From IMG/VR virus record IMGVR_UViG_2716884767_000001, positions 167,510 through 210,333 of that record: a stretch of 42,824 nucleotides of DNA; one strand, given 5' to 3'. How positions within the stretch are numbered: the first letter of the stretch is position 1; each line of letters begins with the position of its first letter. Under the pieces are notes generated by a model, which saw only the letters and a program-made list of their open reading frames with translations, did not search any database and was not told the origin of the DNA. A program made the translations under genes and the position numbers. The DNA comes from a virus. Positions 31,539 through 40,120 of the stretch are shown here, in pieces.

Positions 31539-32695
31539 TGACATTACCAGGCGTTGGAAGTTCAATATCTTTTGATCAAATTCGAGCAGAATTTGGTGAT
31601 AGAGGCGATAGTCGTTTAGGAAGATATCGTAGAGATGATCCTGATTTTGAAAATGCCTCACCATCTGGAAGCACATTAACAAATCTACCATTAGACACTG
31701 GTATACCAACATCTGGTGAGATTAAGTTTAGTGATTTTCGTGGTAAAAAATTAAATATGGTAGTTGATTATTATACCCTTCCAGAAGGTCAAACAGATAC
31801 AAGTAAAGAAGTAGAAGGTGATAATCAAATGGCTGCGACTTGGAGATATAATAATGTATCGGCAAAAGTGACGGTTGTTGGTGGATTTAGAGAGAGACCT
31901 ATTGGTTCACTTGATGGTAATTACAATCTGACTGCAGAAAATTGGCAAGGTGGTAAAAAAGTATTCGTAAACGTGAATCAAACTGTTGGTGGTAAACAAG
32001 ATGGAGATGTAACTGATGTTGCACTTAGAACTGGAGTTTGGCCAAGTGGCACAGAATTACAAGTGGATATAGGAGCATCAGGGTATCTGACAGGTGCAGG
32101 TGGTAATGGTGGTAGAGCAAATCAAGGTAATTCTAATGATGCCGATGATGGAATAAATGGTACGAGTGCATTAGGAGTTGAATATGCTGCAACTATTAAT
32201 AATAATGGTGTAATAAGATGTGGATATGGTGGTGGAGGAGGTGGCAGTGGAGGATCAAACGACCCATCAGACAAGAGCACCACTGACTTCGGAAGATCTG
32301 GTGGTGGAGGTGGTGGTGGAGCTGGTCTCCCTGCTGGCACTGGTGGTGGAGGTGGTACTGGTGGTTTCAATGGTTCTGGTTTGATAGATGGAGAAGCAGG
32401 TGATGATGGTTCATTATCTGCTGGTGGTGATGGTGGTGATGCTGGTGCAGAAGGAGGTGCAACTGGTGGTGCTGGTGGTGCTGGTGGTGATATAAATGAT
32501 GCCCCTGTGAATGGAACTAGTGGAACTAGAGCAGATGACAGAGCATATAGAAGCACTCCTGGCGCACCTGGTAATGCAGGTTCTGATGGAAAAGCTATAT
32601 ATTTTAGCAGTGAATCTATTGCAAACAATAGCACTATCACAGGAAATACTGTTGGTGGTAGAAATGGAGGTGCTGCAAACGGTTCGTTTAATTAA
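31538..32695 (+). CDS. Polyglycine receptor-recognition adhesin, T-even gp38-like (385 aa)
   Basis: N-terminal ISFDQIRAEFG...IKFSDFRGK. GAGGNGG...AL.V....INNNGVIRCGYGGGGGG resembles the gp38 polyglycine sandwich. Translationally coupled to the fibre gene. Confidence 0.65.
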   Translation: MTLPGVGSSISFDQIRAEFGDRGDSRLGRYRRDDPDFENASPSGSTLTNLPLDTGIPTSGEIKFSDFRGKKLNMVVDYYTLPEGQTDTSKEVEGDNQMAATWRYNNVSAKVTVVGGFRERPIGSLDGNYNLTAENWQGGKKVFVNVNQTVGGKQDGDVTDVALRTGVWPSGTELQVDIGASGYLTGAGGNGGRANQGNSNDADDGINGTSALGVEYAATINNNGVIRCGYGGGGGGSGGSNDPSDKSTTDFGRSGGGGGGGAGLPAGTGGGGGTGGFNGSGLIDGEAGDDGSLSAGGDGGDAGAEGGATGGAGGAGGDINDAPVNGTSGTRADDRAYRSTPGAPGNAGSDGKAIYFSSESIANNSTITGNTVGGRNGGAANGSFN

Positions 32696-32700
32696 TTATT

Positions 32701-33267
32701 ATGCTCACTGATTTTATTTCAATTTATGAAAACGTTTTATCACCTGAATATTGTAAGAACTGGATAGAATATATTGATTACTTAAGACGGGAAGGGTTAG
32801 TTATACAGGAAAATGATAAACTACATGAACGAGATCATGAAACTTTGAACTTTTCGAATGATGATAATTTTGATTTAAATTCATCTGATAAATTAGTAAG
32901 GAATTTTTTACCCTCTGTAAAACAGTGTGTAGATAATTATTTACAAGATTATAGTGTATTAGGAAAATCAAACTTTCTATTGTATGATGTAAAGGCAAAA
33001 AGAATACCGATTTGTGGTGGTTTTCATGCTTGGCACTATGAAAATGCTGCATTTAATACGGCAACTAGAAGATTTGTAGTTCAAGCATATCTCAATACAA
33101 TTAATGAGGGTGGTGAAACTGAGTTTTTATATCAAAATAAAAGAATAAAAGCTGTTGAAGGAACAGTAGTTATTTGGCCAGCAGGGTTTACACACGTCCA
33201 TCGAGGTAATCCACCAATAGGACAAGACAAATATATACTTACAACTTGGGGAATGTTGCAGCAATGA
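32701..33267 (+). CDS. 2OG-Fe(II) oxygenase (P4H-like, HxE)
   Basis: GFHAWHYE...YLN...EGGETEFLYQ...IWPAGFTHVHRGNPP...KYILTTW. Confidence 0.88.
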   Translation: MLTDFISIYENVLSPEYCKNWIEYIDYLRREGLVIQENDKLHERDHETLNFSNDDNFDLNSSDKLVRNFLPSVKQCVDNYLQDYSVLGKSNFLLYDVKAKRIPICGGFHAWHYENAAFNTATRRFVVQAYLNTINEGGETEFLYQNKRIKAVEGTVVIWPAGFTHVHRGNPPIGQDKYILTTWGMLQQ

Positions 33268-33620
33268 AGATGATATTTAAAATAGAGGAGTATTTACCTG
33301 AGACAAAACAGGTTGTGATAAGATATTGTAGACAAAATGCACCAAAATCAATATCTGATTACCCCGCAAAAACAACTACGACTGATAGATTTGATACTTC
33401 TTTTGATAATCAAAATTTAATTGAATCAATTGGACAGCATGGATATCAAAAAATATTGAGACAAGAAAAAAAAGAAGATATTTTACCAGTAAATTTACCC
33501 CACGAGATTCCAAATAGTGTGAATTTGGAGGATTATATTGGAAAAATTATATCTGTAGATAGTGACAGTTGTACGAGAAAAATATCATCCCGAAAATTAA
33601 AAAAAATTGAAATTGAATGA
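33264..33620 (+). CDS. Hypothetical protein (118 aa)
   Basis: ATGA overlap with both neighbours; no recognised motif. Confidence 0.65.
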   Translation: MKMIFKIEEYLPETKQVVIRYCRQNAPKSISDYPAKTTTTDRFDTSFDNQNLIESIGQHGYQKILRQEKKEDILPVNLPHEIPNSVNLEDYIGKIISVDSDSCTRKISSRKLKKIEIE

Positions 33621-34120
33621 ATACTTTTAATCGAACATATCGAACTCCAAAATTCTTCTTGTGTACTCATCATGCAGAGGAAGAATTTGTTGGTTTTGAG
33701 GATTCTTCTGAAAGGCATGCACATTTTTTGTTTTGTGTATATGGTATTTTTAAAATTTTTGTACTAGATTTTGATTCTAATAAATCTGAAATGATTGAAT
33801 TAAACTCATCACATCATAAAAAGTTATATGACATAACAAAATATTTAAGTTATCCTGTTGGTGTGAAAATGAATGAAAATACTAGAACCATTTCATTTAA
33901 TCCTTGGAGAAAGAACGAGAAGTGGAACGGAAGATTGGTAGAAACTGGTATAGTTAAATCAAATCAAAATTATTCTTGTTTAATATGCTATCAAGGGAGT
34001 GTGAAAATAAATAATCAAACATTAGATGAAATGACATATTGTGACTTGAAAAAAGATAAAGAATATAATATAATAGTTGATGATAACAGTTATCTTGCAT
34101 TTTTTGAACATGAAGAATAA
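33617..34120 (+). CDS. Hypothetical protein, possibly cupin-like beta fold
   Basis: Coupled ORF; beta-rich pattern, e.g. LICYQGSVKINN. Confidence 0.6.
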   Translation: MNTFNRTYRTPKFFLCTHHAEEEFVGFEDSSERHAHFLFCVYGIFKIFVLDFDSNKSEMIELNSSHHKKLYDITKYLSYPVGVKMNENTRTISFNPWRKNEKWNGRLVETGIVKSNQNYSCLICYQGSVKINNQTLDEMTYCDLKKDKEYNIIVDDNSYLAFFEHEE

Positions 34121-34718
34121 AGAGGATCAAGAGTTAAAAAGATATTTAAATGATTACATTGATTCTGATGGTGTAAGAGATGCAAAAAATGTTGATTTAA
34201 AAAATTATGACCACGGAATATATGATCTTGAGGGATTTAATTCATATTTACATCGTAGAGATGGACAATTTCAAGTGCAAATATTTCAATTTCAATCTGA
34301 TAAATCAGAAATGTTTGTTGTTCCAGAACACACACATCCAAACATAAATTCATACGAGATATTACTATCAGGTAGAAGAAATATGTTTTTTAGTCACTCT
34401 GGGAAATGGGTGTATCCAAAGCATCCCGATATTTATTACTATAAAAAATATAGATGTATAAGAGTTAATAATAATGATTTGCATGGTGCTGTTGTGAAAC
34501 CAGAAAGAGAGGGTAAGTTTATATCAGTTCAACATTGGTTAAATGGTGTGAAACCATCTTGTGTTGGGTTGGATTATCAAGGATATGGTGTATCAAAGAA
34601 ACAATCAGAGGTGGATGGAGTTCTATATGATGATAATTGTCCTCGAAATGAGAATGATATTCCCCAACGTAATTGGAGGATGGCAGCGAGTCTTGAAACT
34701 CGAAATCCATTCTCTTAA
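34110..34718 (+). CDS. Cupin-like protein (202 aa)
   Basis: VPEHTHPNINSYE...LHGA matches the cupin HxH....E...H metal motif; ATG at 34110. Confidence 0.65.
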   Translation: MKNKEDQELKRYLNDYIDSDGVRDAKNVDLKNYDHGIYDLEGFNSYLHRRDGQFQVQIFQFQSDKSEMFVVPEHTHPNINSYEILLSGRRNMFFSHSGKWVYPKHPDIYYYKKYRCIRVNNNDLHGAVVKPEREGKFISVQHWLNGVKPSCVGLDYQGYGVSKKQSEVDGVLYDDNCPRNENDIPQRNWRMAASLETRNPFS

Positions 34719-34780
34719 AATTTAAAATTATATACATACCTTTGTATGGTTTGTTCGGGAGATGCTATAAATTTTTAGAA

Positions 34781-34838
34781 GAGATCAGTTGGGAAACTGT
34801 CACAACCCTCTACACAGAGGGTTTTTTTGTGCTATGAT
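34781..34838 (+). promoter_or_regulatory. Dyad-promoter element copy 1
   Basis: GAGATCAGTT-GGGA-AACTGTCACA, then 28 nt, then extended -10 TGcTATGAT. Confidence 0.75.
34805..34828 (+). terminator. Rho-independent terminator closing the late tail region
   Basis: ACCCTC-TACACA-GAGGGT followed by a T-run. Confidence 0.8.
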
Positions 34839-34861
34839 ATGTACATATCAATGAGTTTTAC

Positions 34862-36034
34862 ATGCAACTAAGACCACATCAAGAGCAAGCAGTTAAAGCA
34901 ATGCTTCGTAACACTAAAGGTCAGATAATTGTTCCCACAGGTGGTGGTAAAACAATGTGTATGATTGATGATGCTATGAATGAATTTAGCAGATCATACG
35001 TCAATAAGACTATTGTGGTTGTTGCACCTCGTATTCTACTTGCCAACCAATTATCATCAGAGTTTCTTGAGTTTATTACGAATGTTGATGTAGCACATGT
35101 TCACAGTGGAGAGACACATCATTTCAGTACAACTAAAACTGATGAACTTGAAAGATGGTATCATAACAGCACCAAGAACATATTAATCTTCACTACATAC
35201 CATTCACTACACAAGATACAAGAGTCACTTGATATTGAAGTTGACACCATCTATTTTGATGAAGCACACAACTCAGTACAGAAAAACTTTATTGAACCTG
35301 TAGAGTATTTCTCAATATATGCTGAGAGATCATACTTCTTTACAGCAACACCAAAGCATAGTCTCACACCTATGAAAGTTGGTATGAATGATACTGACAT
35401 CTTTGGTAATGTTATATGTCAAGTACCTGCACCTAAGTTGGTTAAGCAAGGTTACATACTACCACCAAAGGTTGAAGTTTACAAGACCAGAATACTTGAC
35501 AAAGATGAGTTGGTTGCAGACAGAGACAATGAGCAGATGATTGATGCCATTGACAACCTAGACAAGGACAAGGTGTTGATATGTGCCAAGTCAACAAAAC
35601 AAATCGTTGCACTTGTATCACAGACTGACTTTGTAAAACAGTTGGCAGTTCGTGGTTACTCTTACATGTTCATCACATCTAAAACTGGTGCAGTTGTTGA
35701 TGGAGAAAAGGTGGACAGAGAGACATTTTTTGATACACTTAATGAGTGGGGTAGAAATGACAAGAAGTTTGTTGTACTACATCACAGCATACTCTCAGAG
35801 GGCATCAATGTCAATGGTCTGGAAGCAGTCCTATTCATGAGGTCTATGGATTACATCGGTATCAGTCAAACTATTGGTCGTGTCATCCGTAAGGGCAATG
35901 CTGATAAAGTATTCGGACTTGTTTGCATCCCTGTCTATTCTAAGGTTGGTATCTCCACTGCTAAAAAGGTCGAAGCAGTTGTTGATGTGATATTCAATCA
36001 AGGACAAGCAGCAACTTCGGTGGTAACAAAATGA
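34862..36034 (+). CDS. Superfamily 2 helicase (DEAH; type III Res-like core)
   Basis: LRPHQ (Q motif), PTGGGKT, FDEAH, TATP, LSEGIN, QTIGRVIR. Confidence 0.9.
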   Translation: MQLRPHQEQAVKAMLRNTKGQIIVPTGGGKTMCMIDDAMNEFSRSYVNKTIVVVAPRILLANQLSSEFLEFITNVDVAHVHSGETHHFSTTKTDELERWYHNSTKNILIFTTYHSLHKIQESLDIEVDTIYFDEAHNSVQKNFIEPVEYFSIYAERSYFFTATPKHSLTPMKVGMNDTDIFGNVICQVPAPKLVKQGYILPPKVEVYKTRILDKDELVADRDNEQMIDAIDNLDKDKVLICAKSTKQIVALVSQTDFVKQLAVRGYSYMFITSKTGAVVDGEKVDRETFFDTLNEWGRNDKKFVVLHHSILSEGINVNGLEAVLFMRSMDYIGISQTIGRVIRKGNADKVFGLVCIPVYSKVGISTAKKVEAVVDVIFNQGQAATSVVTK

Positions 36035-36135
36035 AAACAGACACACTATTAAAGATATACAAAGTGGTTAAGGTTAAACCCAAACTCAAGTATCCACCAG
36101 TTCGTAAACACTACAACATACATTTATTTGGTTAA
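36031..36135 (+). CDS. Small basic protein (34 aa, MKTDTLLKIYKVVKVKPKLKYPPVRKHYNIHLFG)
   Basis: ATGA overlap with the helicase stop; ends 2 nt before the next ATG; below the ORF-track cutoff. Confidence 0.55.
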   Translation: MKTDTLLKIYKVVKVKPKLKYPPVRKHYNIHLFG

Positions 36136-36137
36136 TT

Positions 36138-36689
36138 ATGAATTTTATTGAACAGTTAGAAACAAAGGTGGATTGGAATCGGGTATTTGGAGTTGTTGAC
36201 TCTTTATATTCCGATAAAGGATTCACATCAAATGCAGACAACTTTGCAAGGGCAACTATGGTAGAAAAAGCTTTAGACAAGTTTTCAGATATAGATAGAG
36301 TTGACCAAAATGGTTATGACTTTGAGTGGGAGGACAAGAAGATTGAACTCAAGATGGGTAAGAATCTTTTTTATAAAGTTAAAGACCCAAAAGCAACCAA
36401 AAAGTTTAAAGTTAAATCATTTTTAAGTGAAACAAAAACTGTAGAAGATTTCAGACAAATCAGCACATTTGATTGGTTACTTGTAATTGATCTCACAGCA
36501 AGAAGAGTTGTACTTGTTGAGGATGAACATGCAAGAAGTTTGTATGAAGAAGGTGCTGATGGTGCTATGATAGCACTTAAAGAAGGAGATTACTATGAGT
36601 GTAATATTGGAGAAATAAATCCCATACTACCACCAATTAATCTATCATACTTATATCAACAAGCAGATCAACAATTTTTAAATTTCTAA
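36138..36689 (+). CDS. Putative PD-(D/E)xK nuclease, restriction-endonuclease-like
   Basis: E...GYDF.....KIELK pattern; sits in an operon with a helicase and a methyltransferase. Confidence 0.5.
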   Translation: MNFIEQLETKVDWNRVFGVVDSLYSDKGFTSNADNFARATMVEKALDKFSDIDRVDQNGYDFEWEDKKIELKMGKNLFYKVKDPKATKKFKVKSFLSETKTVEDFRQISTFDWLLVIDLTARRVVLVEDEHARSLYEEGADGAMIALKEGDYYECNIGEINPILPPINLSYLYQQADQQFLNF

Positions 36690-36690
36690 A

Positions 36691-37128
36691 ATGAGTGCAA
36701 TAGTTTTAGTTACAGGAGGATTTGACCCAATACATACAGGTCACATCGCATATTTTAAAAATGCAAAAGAATTGAATCCAAATATACCATTATGTGTGGG
36801 ATTAAATTCTGATGAGTGGTTGATTCGTAAGAAGGGAAAGTATTTCTTACCGATGTCAGAGAGAAGAGCAATCGTTAAAGAACTCAAACCAGTTGATTTG
36901 ACAATTACATATGATGATACTGACGATTCATCTAACATGGCAATATACAAGTGTTTACAAATGTATGATAAAGTGATATTCTGTAATGGTGGAGATAGAG
37001 TTGACACTAATGTTCCAGAATATCTTAAATTCCAACAAAACGATAGAGTTATCTTTGAGTGGGGTGTTGGTGGAGATGATAAGATGAACAGCAGTAGTTG
37101 GATTCTAAATGAGTTTCTAAGAAGATGA
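36691..37128 (+). CDS. HIGH-family cytidylyltransferase (TagD/RfaE-II-like)
   Basis: TGGFDPIHTGH, VGLNSD, ERR, NGGDR, SSS. Confidence 0.9.
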   Translation: MSAIVLVTGGFDPIHTGHIAYFKNAKELNPNIPLCVGLNSDEWLIRKKGKYFLPMSERRAIVKELKPVDLTITYDDTDDSSNMAIYKCLQMYDKVIFCNGGDRVDTNVPEYLKFQQNDRVIFEWGVGGDDKMNSSSWILNEFLRR

Positions 37129-38087
37129 GAGACACAATTTTGTATGGAGATTGTCGTGAGACACTCAAACAATTTGATGAGCAAGCAAGGACTTGCATCA
37201 CATCCCCACCATATTATGGACTTCGTGACTATGGTGGAGAAGAAAACCAAATTGGTCAGGAACAAACACCTGACGAATTTATTGAACAATTAATCACAGT
37301 ATTTAAGGAGGTTCGCAATGTGCTTAGAGATGATGGAACTTGTTGGGTTAATCTTGGCGACAGTTACTATAATTACAGACCTGGAAAAGGACAAGGATTG
37401 GTTAAACAAAGTGTCTCAAATACAAAGCAAGACCTACCAGATGTGTGTCCTCGCAGAGGAAATCGAATCGAAGGACTCAAAGAAAAAGACCTTATCGGAA
37501 TCCCTTGGCAATTTGCCTTCGCAATGAGAGCAGACGGATGGTATCTCAGACAAGATATAATATGGCACAAACCAAATCCGATGCCAGAGAGTGTCAAGGA
37601 TAGGTGTACGAAGTCGCACGAATATATATTTTTGTTTAGTAAGAATAAAAAATACTATTACGATAATGAAGCAATCAAAGAACCCGCAAAAGATTGGGGA
37701 ACACGAGATAGAACAAAAGGAAAATACCATAACGAAGGAACAGGACTACAACCACATTCGGGACTTACAAAATCATATCCAACAAAGAATAAACGATCTG
37801 TCTGGTCAGTAACCAATAAACCATATCGTGAAGCACATTTTGCGACCTACCCACCAGATTTGATTGAACCTTGTATCAAAGCAGGGAGTCAGGTAGGAGA
37901 TATAATACTTGACCCATTCATGGGGTCAGGAACTACAGCAGCAGTAGCAAAGTCACTTGGTCGTGATTATATTGGTTGTGAACTACATGAAGACTATGGT
38001 AACTTAATTGAGAAGAGAGTGCAAGAATATAAACCAGTTCAAGAAGTGTCACAAGAGACTTGCATAAACATTCTGGATATTATATAA
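37125..38087 (+). CDS. DNA amino-methyltransferase, beta class (probably N4-cytosine)
   Basis: Motif IV TSPPY before motif I DPFMGSGTT; IIWHKPNPMPES, HFATYP. Confidence 0.92.
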   Translation: MRDTILYGDCRETLKQFDEQARTCITSPPYYGLRDYGGEENQIGQEQTPDEFIEQLITVFKEVRNVLRDDGTCWVNLGDSYYNYRPGKGQGLVKQSVSNTKQDLPDVCPRRGNRIEGLKEKDLIGIPWQFAFAMRADGWYLRQDIIWHKPNPMPESVKDRCTKSHEYIFLFSKNKKYYYDNEAIKEPAKDWGTRDRTKGKYHNEGTGLQPHSGLTKSYPTKNKRSVWSVTNKPYREAHFATYPPDLIEPCIKAGSQVGDIILDPFMGSGTTAAVAKSLGRDYIGCELHEDYGNLIEKRVQEYKPVQEVSQETCINILDII

Positions 38088-38088
38088 T
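38030..38088 (+). promoter_or_regulatory. Dyad-promoter element copy 2, inside the MTase 3' end
   Basis: TAAACCAGTT-CAAG-AAGTGTCACA; TTGCAT-17 nt-TATAAT; followed by RBS AAAGGAG. Confidence 0.8.
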
Positions 38089-38113
38089 AGAAAGGTAAAC
38101 AAAGGAGAGAAAA

Positions 38114-38212
38114 ATGATCGAAGGATTTGTGTTAACATTGGCATTGATGACATTTTGTATTGGTTCATCAATCGGTATTGTAAACTATGTAACTAAAGGG
38201 AGGTTCTTTTAA
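38114..38212 (+). CDS. Small membrane peptide (32 aa, MIEGFVLTLALMTFCIGSSIGIVNYVTKGRFF)
   Basis: Strong RBS AAGGAG; first ORF after the promoter; one hydrophobic segment. Confidence 0.65.
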   Translation: MIEGFVLTLALMTFCIGSSIGIVNYVTKGRFF

Positions 38213-38352
38213 TGAGATGTCAGGTCAAGTTATTTGTAGCAGGTAAGGTCTTCACAGAAGATGTACATGCTCGTAACTACGATGAAGCAAGACAAGTTGC
38301 AGTCGCAAGAAATCCAAACGCAAGAGTTTTAGGAGTTAATGCGAGGTTCTAA
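38212..38352 (+). CDS. Small hypothetical protein (46 aa, MRCQVKLFVAGKVFTEDVHARNYDEARQVAVARNPNARVLGVNARF)
   Basis: RBS GGGAGG, TAATG coupling; resembles small cyanophage early proteins. Confidence 0.7.
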   Translation: MRCQVKLFVAGKVFTEDVHARNYDEARQVAVARNPNARVLGVNARF

Positions 38353-38593
38353 CTATCAGAAGTTTTGTCCTACCAGATTTCCATCCTTACTAGACCCCGA
38401 AGTTGGTCAACCAACTGGTTATGTAACAAAGGATGGAATGTGGGCAGCAGTTCCGTCAAGTGGTAAGAAGTTTGCCATAATACACAATGGTATCGTAGAA
38501 CACTTCTCAAGAAATTTTGAATGTGCTATGACATACATACAAAAGGGAATTAAAAAAGAAAAAAATGAAAGATCAAGCATCAGTAGGGGATGA
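38339..38593 (+). CDS. Hypothetical protein (84 aa)
   Basis: RBS AGGAG; overlaps within the operon. Confidence 0.65.
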   Translation: MRGSNYQKFCPTRFPSLLDPEVGQPTGYVTKDGMWAAVPSSGKKFAIIHNGIVEHFSRNFECAMTYIQKGIKKEKNERSSISRG

Positions 38594-38840
38594 AACACCA
38601 TCCATTAAGTATCAAAGAGCATTAGACCTTTTTACTGAATCTGTCATGAAACCTGATCCTGACTTGCGTGGATGTGCATACAATCAAGGATGTTATGATG
38701 ATTTGATGGAAATACGAGAGCATGTGCTAGAGTATCTTAGAACATTAAAGGAAGTTACATACCATACAAATCCTGACGAAAGTGATGAAATCGAGACACA
38801 AAAGTTAATTGAAGCAAAACCCCTTTCTAAGTGGAGATGA
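38565..38840 (+). CDS. Hypothetical protein (91 aa)
   Basis: Operon-coupled ORF. Confidence 0.7.
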   Translation: MKDQASVGDETPSIKYQRALDLFTESVMKPDPDLRGCAYNQGCYDDLMEIREHVLEYLRTLKEVTYHTNPDESDEIETQKLIEAKPLSKWR

Positions 38841-39007
38841 GTTTAAAGATAAATCAAAATGACAATGGTTCATTTACTGTTGAGTGGGATAAAAAAGACC
38901 CCGATTGGATGTTTCTAAATCAGTTGACATCTGAACAGATACAAGATATGATAAGTGAAGTTATTAAAAATGATCTGAATGAATCAGGAAAAGAATTACA
39001 CTCTTGA
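38837..39007 (+). CDS. Hypothetical protein (56 aa, MSLKINQNDNGSFTVEWDKKDPDW...)
   Basis: ATGA overlap; fills the gap between annotated ORFs. Confidence 0.65.
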   Translation: MSLKINQNDNGSFTVEWDKKDPDWMFLNQLTSEQIQDMISEVIKNDLNESGKELHS

Positions 39008-39230
39008 ACAACTAAGTATGTGGATTGAGGAAGCACTTGAAAGTGAAGCAACACCAGAGGAGATATACAACTGTATTCGATCTACGATTAGTAGTAAGAT
39101 AACAAATCATGGAGTTTATTTGAGACACTCAAAAGAATTATTGTCTTTGTTGAGTGGAAATAATGCTCTACGATTTAAAAAAAGAAGGCATACGAGATTA
39201 AAGGTTGGTAAAGATATGGACATACTATAA
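38979..39230 (+). CDS. Hypothetical protein (83 aa)
   Basis: Operon-coupled ORF. Confidence 0.65.
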   Translation: MNQEKNYTLEQLSMWIEEALESEATPEEIYNCIRSTISSKITNHGVYLRHSKELLSLLSGNNALRFKKRRHTRLKVGKDMDIL

Positions 39231-39238
39231 CATAACAC

Positions 39239-39274
39239 TTGAAAAGTGTAAAGCAAGTGCTATACTAATAAATA
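39239..39274 (+). promoter_or_regulatory. Tandem sigma70-like and late promoters for cp12
   Basis: TTGAAA-16 nt-TATACT (preceded by TGc), then ATAAATA at 39268-39274. Confidence 0.6.
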
Positions 39275-39296
39275 GTAAATGTATAAGGAGGTCACT

Positions 39297-39524
39297 ATGA
39301 AAACTATCGAAGACCATATTCAACATGACAAGGAACTGATTGCAGACCCAAGTACTTCAGAACCGATGAAAAGACACGCAACTGAAGAACTACATGAGTT
39401 GCAAGAATATGTCGGACATCACAAAAAGGAGATCGAAGCAGGAGATCATCATGACCCAAATGCTTTAGAACTATTTTGTGATATGCACCCAGACGAACCA
39501 GAATGTCTAGTGTATGACGATTAA
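39297..39524 (+). CDS. cp12: CP12 Calvin-cycle inhibitor (auxiliary metabolic gene, 75 aa)
   Basis: C-terminal LELFCDMHPDEPECLVYDD is the CP12 signature; RBS AAGGAGG before ATG 39297. Confidence 0.92.
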   Translation: MKTIEDHIQHDKELIADPSTSEPMKRHATEELHELQEYVGHHKKEIEAGDHHDPNALELFCDMHPDEPECLVYDD

Positions 39525-39574
39525 ATAACTGTCACAAGCCCCCTTCACAGGGGGTTTTTTAATGCTATTATAAT
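39513..39574 (+). promoter_or_regulatory. Dyad-promoter element copy 3
   Basis: TATGACGATT-AAAT-AACTGTCACA, then 29 nt, then TGcTATTAT with overlapping TATAAT. Confidence 0.8.
39539..39560 (+). terminator. Rho-independent terminator after cp12
   Basis: CCCCCT-TCAC-AGGGGG followed by TTTTTT. Confidence 0.85.
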
Positions 39575-39640
39575 AGTGGGGAAACAAAATCATCTTAGTT
39601 ATGATTTTTGTTTCTCGCATCCAATTATCCCCTTATTCCT

Positions 39641-40051
39641 ATGGCAAGACTTTCTACAGGACAAATGCAAGAAGAGACACAGGAACTTCTTGATGAGTAT
39701 AATGAACTCTACAACTGGGAGTATAACGACATGTGTGATTTTATCGAAAAGCATGGAGAAGAGAGTTTTAGAGATCAGTATGAAACATACAACAGACTTG
39801 TTGATGATTATGGACAGGAAGTAGTCGATGAGTTTATGGAAGATTTCGACATTGAGAATTTTGAGGATATGTATCAAGGTCAATATGATAGTGGTGCAGA
39901 ATTTGCAGAGCAGATATGCCAAGATTGTGGTTACATATCAAACAATATGCCAAGTTGGATTGAGATAGATTGGGAGAAGACTTGGGAAAATGCACTTTCC
40001 TATGATTACACACTAATCGGAGAAGGTTACATATTTAATGCCAATTATTAA
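39641..40051 (+). CDS. ArdA-like acidic anti-restriction / DNA-mimic protein (136 aa)
   Basis: About 35 D/E versus 5 K/R by manual count. YQGQYDS..EFAE...GY...P.WIEIDWE...L.YDY....GYIF resembles the ArdA C-terminal domain. Confidence 0.65.
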   Translation: MARLSTGQMQEETQELLDEYNELYNWEYNDMCDFIEKHGEESFRDQYETYNRLVDDYGQEVVDEFMEDFDIENFEDMYQGQYDSGAEFAEQICQDCGYISNNMPSWIEIDWEKTWENALSYDYTLIGEGYIFNANY

Positions 40052-40095
40052 TGTGTCACACACTACCACGCATAGGGTATAAAATGCCTTATAAT
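40037..40095 (+). promoter_or_regulatory. Dyad-promoter element copy 4
   Basis: AATGCCAATT-ATTA-ATGTGTCACA, then 29 nt, then TATAAT; leader AAACAAAGGA. Confidence 0.8.
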
Positions 40096-40120
40096 AGTAA
40101 TATAAACAAAGGATTTTCAA

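Noticed and set aside
29579-32640. Long antisense ORFs (97-200 aa, including the Pro-rich 32122..32640)
   Set aside because: Mirror images of Gly-rich sense codons.
34719-34780. Short hairpin CATAC-CTTT-GTATG and AT-rich stretch as replication origin or ncRNA
   Set aside because: A 5-bp stem alone is insufficient; no iterons or recognisable RNA family.
36741-37812. Alternative ORFs overlapping the cytidylyltransferase and MTase
   Set aside because: Nested in genes with clear catalytic motifs; no independent support.
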